Source: Candidatus Latescibacterota bacterium
GTDB taxonomy: Bacteria; Latescibacterota; UBA2968; UBA8231
Assembly (NCBI GenBank): GCA_965261395.1
Contig: OZ253462.1
Coordinates: 1,984,001-2,048,000 of the forward strand
DNA length: 64,000 nt
Direction of reading: 5' to 3'
Every line of letters begins with the position of its first letter. Positions within the stretch are counted from its first letter, which is position 1. The notes below the pieces were generated by a model, which saw nothing but the letters and a program-made list of their open reading frames with translations, made no database searches and was not told where the DNA came from. A program made the translations under genes and the position numbers. Positions 62,335 to 64,000 of the stretch are shown piece after piece.

Positions 62335-62497
62335 ACACTATGAATCGGGAGCACCGGGCACGCCGGCGGCGTTGCTCAGTCGCGACCTCCAAACCCGGGG
62401 ATGGCTATGCTGGCGGATAGTGGTCGCACAAGCGCACTTGACACGACTTTGAGGTTTCCTTATCCCAGTATGACATAGACGAAATAACGGAAGAAAT

Positions 62498-62701
62498 ATG
62501 TCACGTACTAACGTAAACATCGACGATCAGGCGTGCGCGGAGGTGATGCGCCGCTATCGGCTGACGACCAAGCGTGAAGCGATCAACTTCGCGCTGCGCT
62601 CGCTCGCGGTCGAGCCCCTATCCATCGACGAAGCTCGCCAGCTTCGAGGATCGGGTTGGGAGGGCGATCTCGACACATTGCGATCTGGTCGCACGACGTG
62701 A
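62498..62701 (+). CDS. vapB: VapB-family antitoxin
   Basis: SRTNVNIDD...[11 protein letters not shown]...GSGWEGDLD. Confidence 0.85.
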   Translation: MSRTNVNIDDQACAEVMRRYRLTTKREAINFALRSLAVEPLSIDEARQLRGSGWEGDLDTLRSGRTT

Positions 62702-63084
62702 TTCTGGTCGACACCTCGGCGTGGATCGAGTTTCTGCGGGACACCGGATCCGCAGCCTGCATTCGCGTCGACGTCCTGTTGGCACACGATATTGTTATCT
62801 GTGATGCCGTGCGGATGGAGGTCTTCGCTGGCGCACGGGACGAATCTCATTTGCAGAGTCTTCGCCAGCTACTCGCACGGGTGGCCATCATTCCGACGCT
62901 GCCGACGGACTACGATGATGCCGCAGCCTTCTATCGCCGTTGTCGGCGGGAAGGGGAGACCATTCGCAAGCTGATTGACTGTCTCATCGCCTCCGTCGCC
63001 ATACGCGCTGGCGTTCCCATTCTTCACAACGACGCCGACTTCAACGTGCTCGCACGCTACACGGAACTACTAATCGACTTGTGA
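62698..63084 (+). CDS. vapC: VapC PIN-domain toxin
   Basis: GTGA overlap with vapB; [23 protein letters not shown]. Confidence 0.9.
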   Translation: MILVDTSAWIEFLRDTGSAACIRVDVLLAHDIVICDAVRMEVFAGARDESHLQSLRQLLARVAIIPTLPTDYDDAAAFYRRCRREGETIRKLIDCLIASVAIRAGVPILHNDADFNVLARYTELLIDL

Positions 63085-63316
63085 TGCGGGTTGCTTGGAA
63101 TTCGAGACGGCTTAACCGCCGAATCACTCGCTCTTGCCCACTAAACGGGACGTGAGCAATTGAAGATTAGCGTTTGCCATAGACTCCCCAGATAAGCTTA
63201 TCTCGTAGAACTCGGCGTTGTGCCGGTCCCAAGCTAACGACCTTGCGCCCTTAGTTGCCCATAGAGACGCCATCGTCAAACCCTTAGAGACCTAGCTCCT
63301 TCACTCTCAAACGCTT

Positions 63317-64000
63317 ATGACCTCTCCCCTCCTCGACGTCCACGACCTGAGCGTGCGCATCACCCGCGACGAGGGCGTGGTGCGACCACTCAACGGAGTC
63401 AGCTTCCGCATCAACACCGGCCAAGCCGTGGGCATCGTCGGCGAAAGCGGTTGCGGCAAGACCATGACCTCCAACGCTCTGCTGCAGATTTTGCCGCCGG
63501 CAGCCGAGATTACCAGCGGCCACATCCGCTACCGCCGCAAGCTGGACGAACGCGAGATTGACCTCGCCGCGCTCGACGCGCACAGCGACGAGATGCATCA
63601 GATCAGAGGCGGCGACATTTCCATGATCTTCCAAGAACCAATGACCGCGTTCTCGCCGGTGCACACCATTGGCAACCAAATCGCCGAAATGATCCAACTC
63701 CACGACTCGCTATCCTCAGAAGCAACGCGGCAACGGGTCGTGGAGCTGTTGCACTTAGTCGGCATCTCCGATCCGCAGGACCGCGTCCACGACTATCCCT
63801 TCCAGCTTTCGGGCGGCATGCGCCAGCGGGCGATGATTGCCATGGCGCTGGCGAGTAATCCGCGGCTCTTGATCGCCGACGAGCCAACCACGGCACTCGA
63901 CGTGACCGTGCAGGCGCGAGTGCTCAAGCTGATCCAGCGGCTCCAGCGCGAGCTAGGGCTGGCGCTTATGCTGATTACTCACGATCTGGGCGTGATCGCG
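63317..64000 (+). CDS. ABC transporter ATP-binding protein (DppD-like), runs off the window end
   Basis: Read directly from the sequence (absent from the ORF track): [35 protein letters not shown]. Confidence 0.9.
   Translation, partial: MTSPLLDVHDLSVRITRDEGVVRPLNGVSFRINTGQAVGIVGESGCGKTMTSNALLQILPPAAEITSGHIRYRRKLDEREIDLAALDAHSDEMHQIRGGDISMIFQEPMTAFSPVHTIGNQIAEMIQLHDSLSSEATRQRVVELLHLVGISDPQDRVHDYPFQLSGGMRQRAMIAMALASNPRLLIADEPTTALDVTVQARVLKLIQRLQRELGLALMLITHDLGVIA

Overview
GC-rich bacterial chromosomal window. The FlgD-type C-terminal-domain proteins, the SWGxIK-tailed protein and the DUF6785 membrane protein suggest an FCB-group candidate lineage such as Latescibacterota (inference, not searched). 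The host backbone has three parts: a ~19-kb cell-envelope/secreted-protein locus (13.3-32.1 kb), metabolic genes (creatininase-like, purF, class III aminotransferase, SDR, PLP desulfhydrase, P-II), and two ABC systems (ytrA-like and dpp-like). Four accessory or defence blocks interrupt it: (1) a DUF1156-DUF499 locus with nested PIN module and ATPase/TOPRIM-like pair (1-9.4 kb); (2) a type III R-M system bracketed by a repeat of the host gene's last codons (32.1-38.9 kb); (3) a DUF262-HEPN pair disrupted by an intact IS5-family element (49.6-52.5 kb); (4) an island with an orphan MTase, a 1187-aa unknown protein and PIN/VapBC modules that splits the dpp operon (57.2-63.3 kb). No rRNA, tRNA or CRISPR array was seen. 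The best candidates for undescribed systems are the envelope locus (possible secretion/glycosylation system with two C-terminal sorting signals) and the NTPase-less, Avs-like 1187-aa protein. All family assignments come from motif recognition by eye; no database searches were run.
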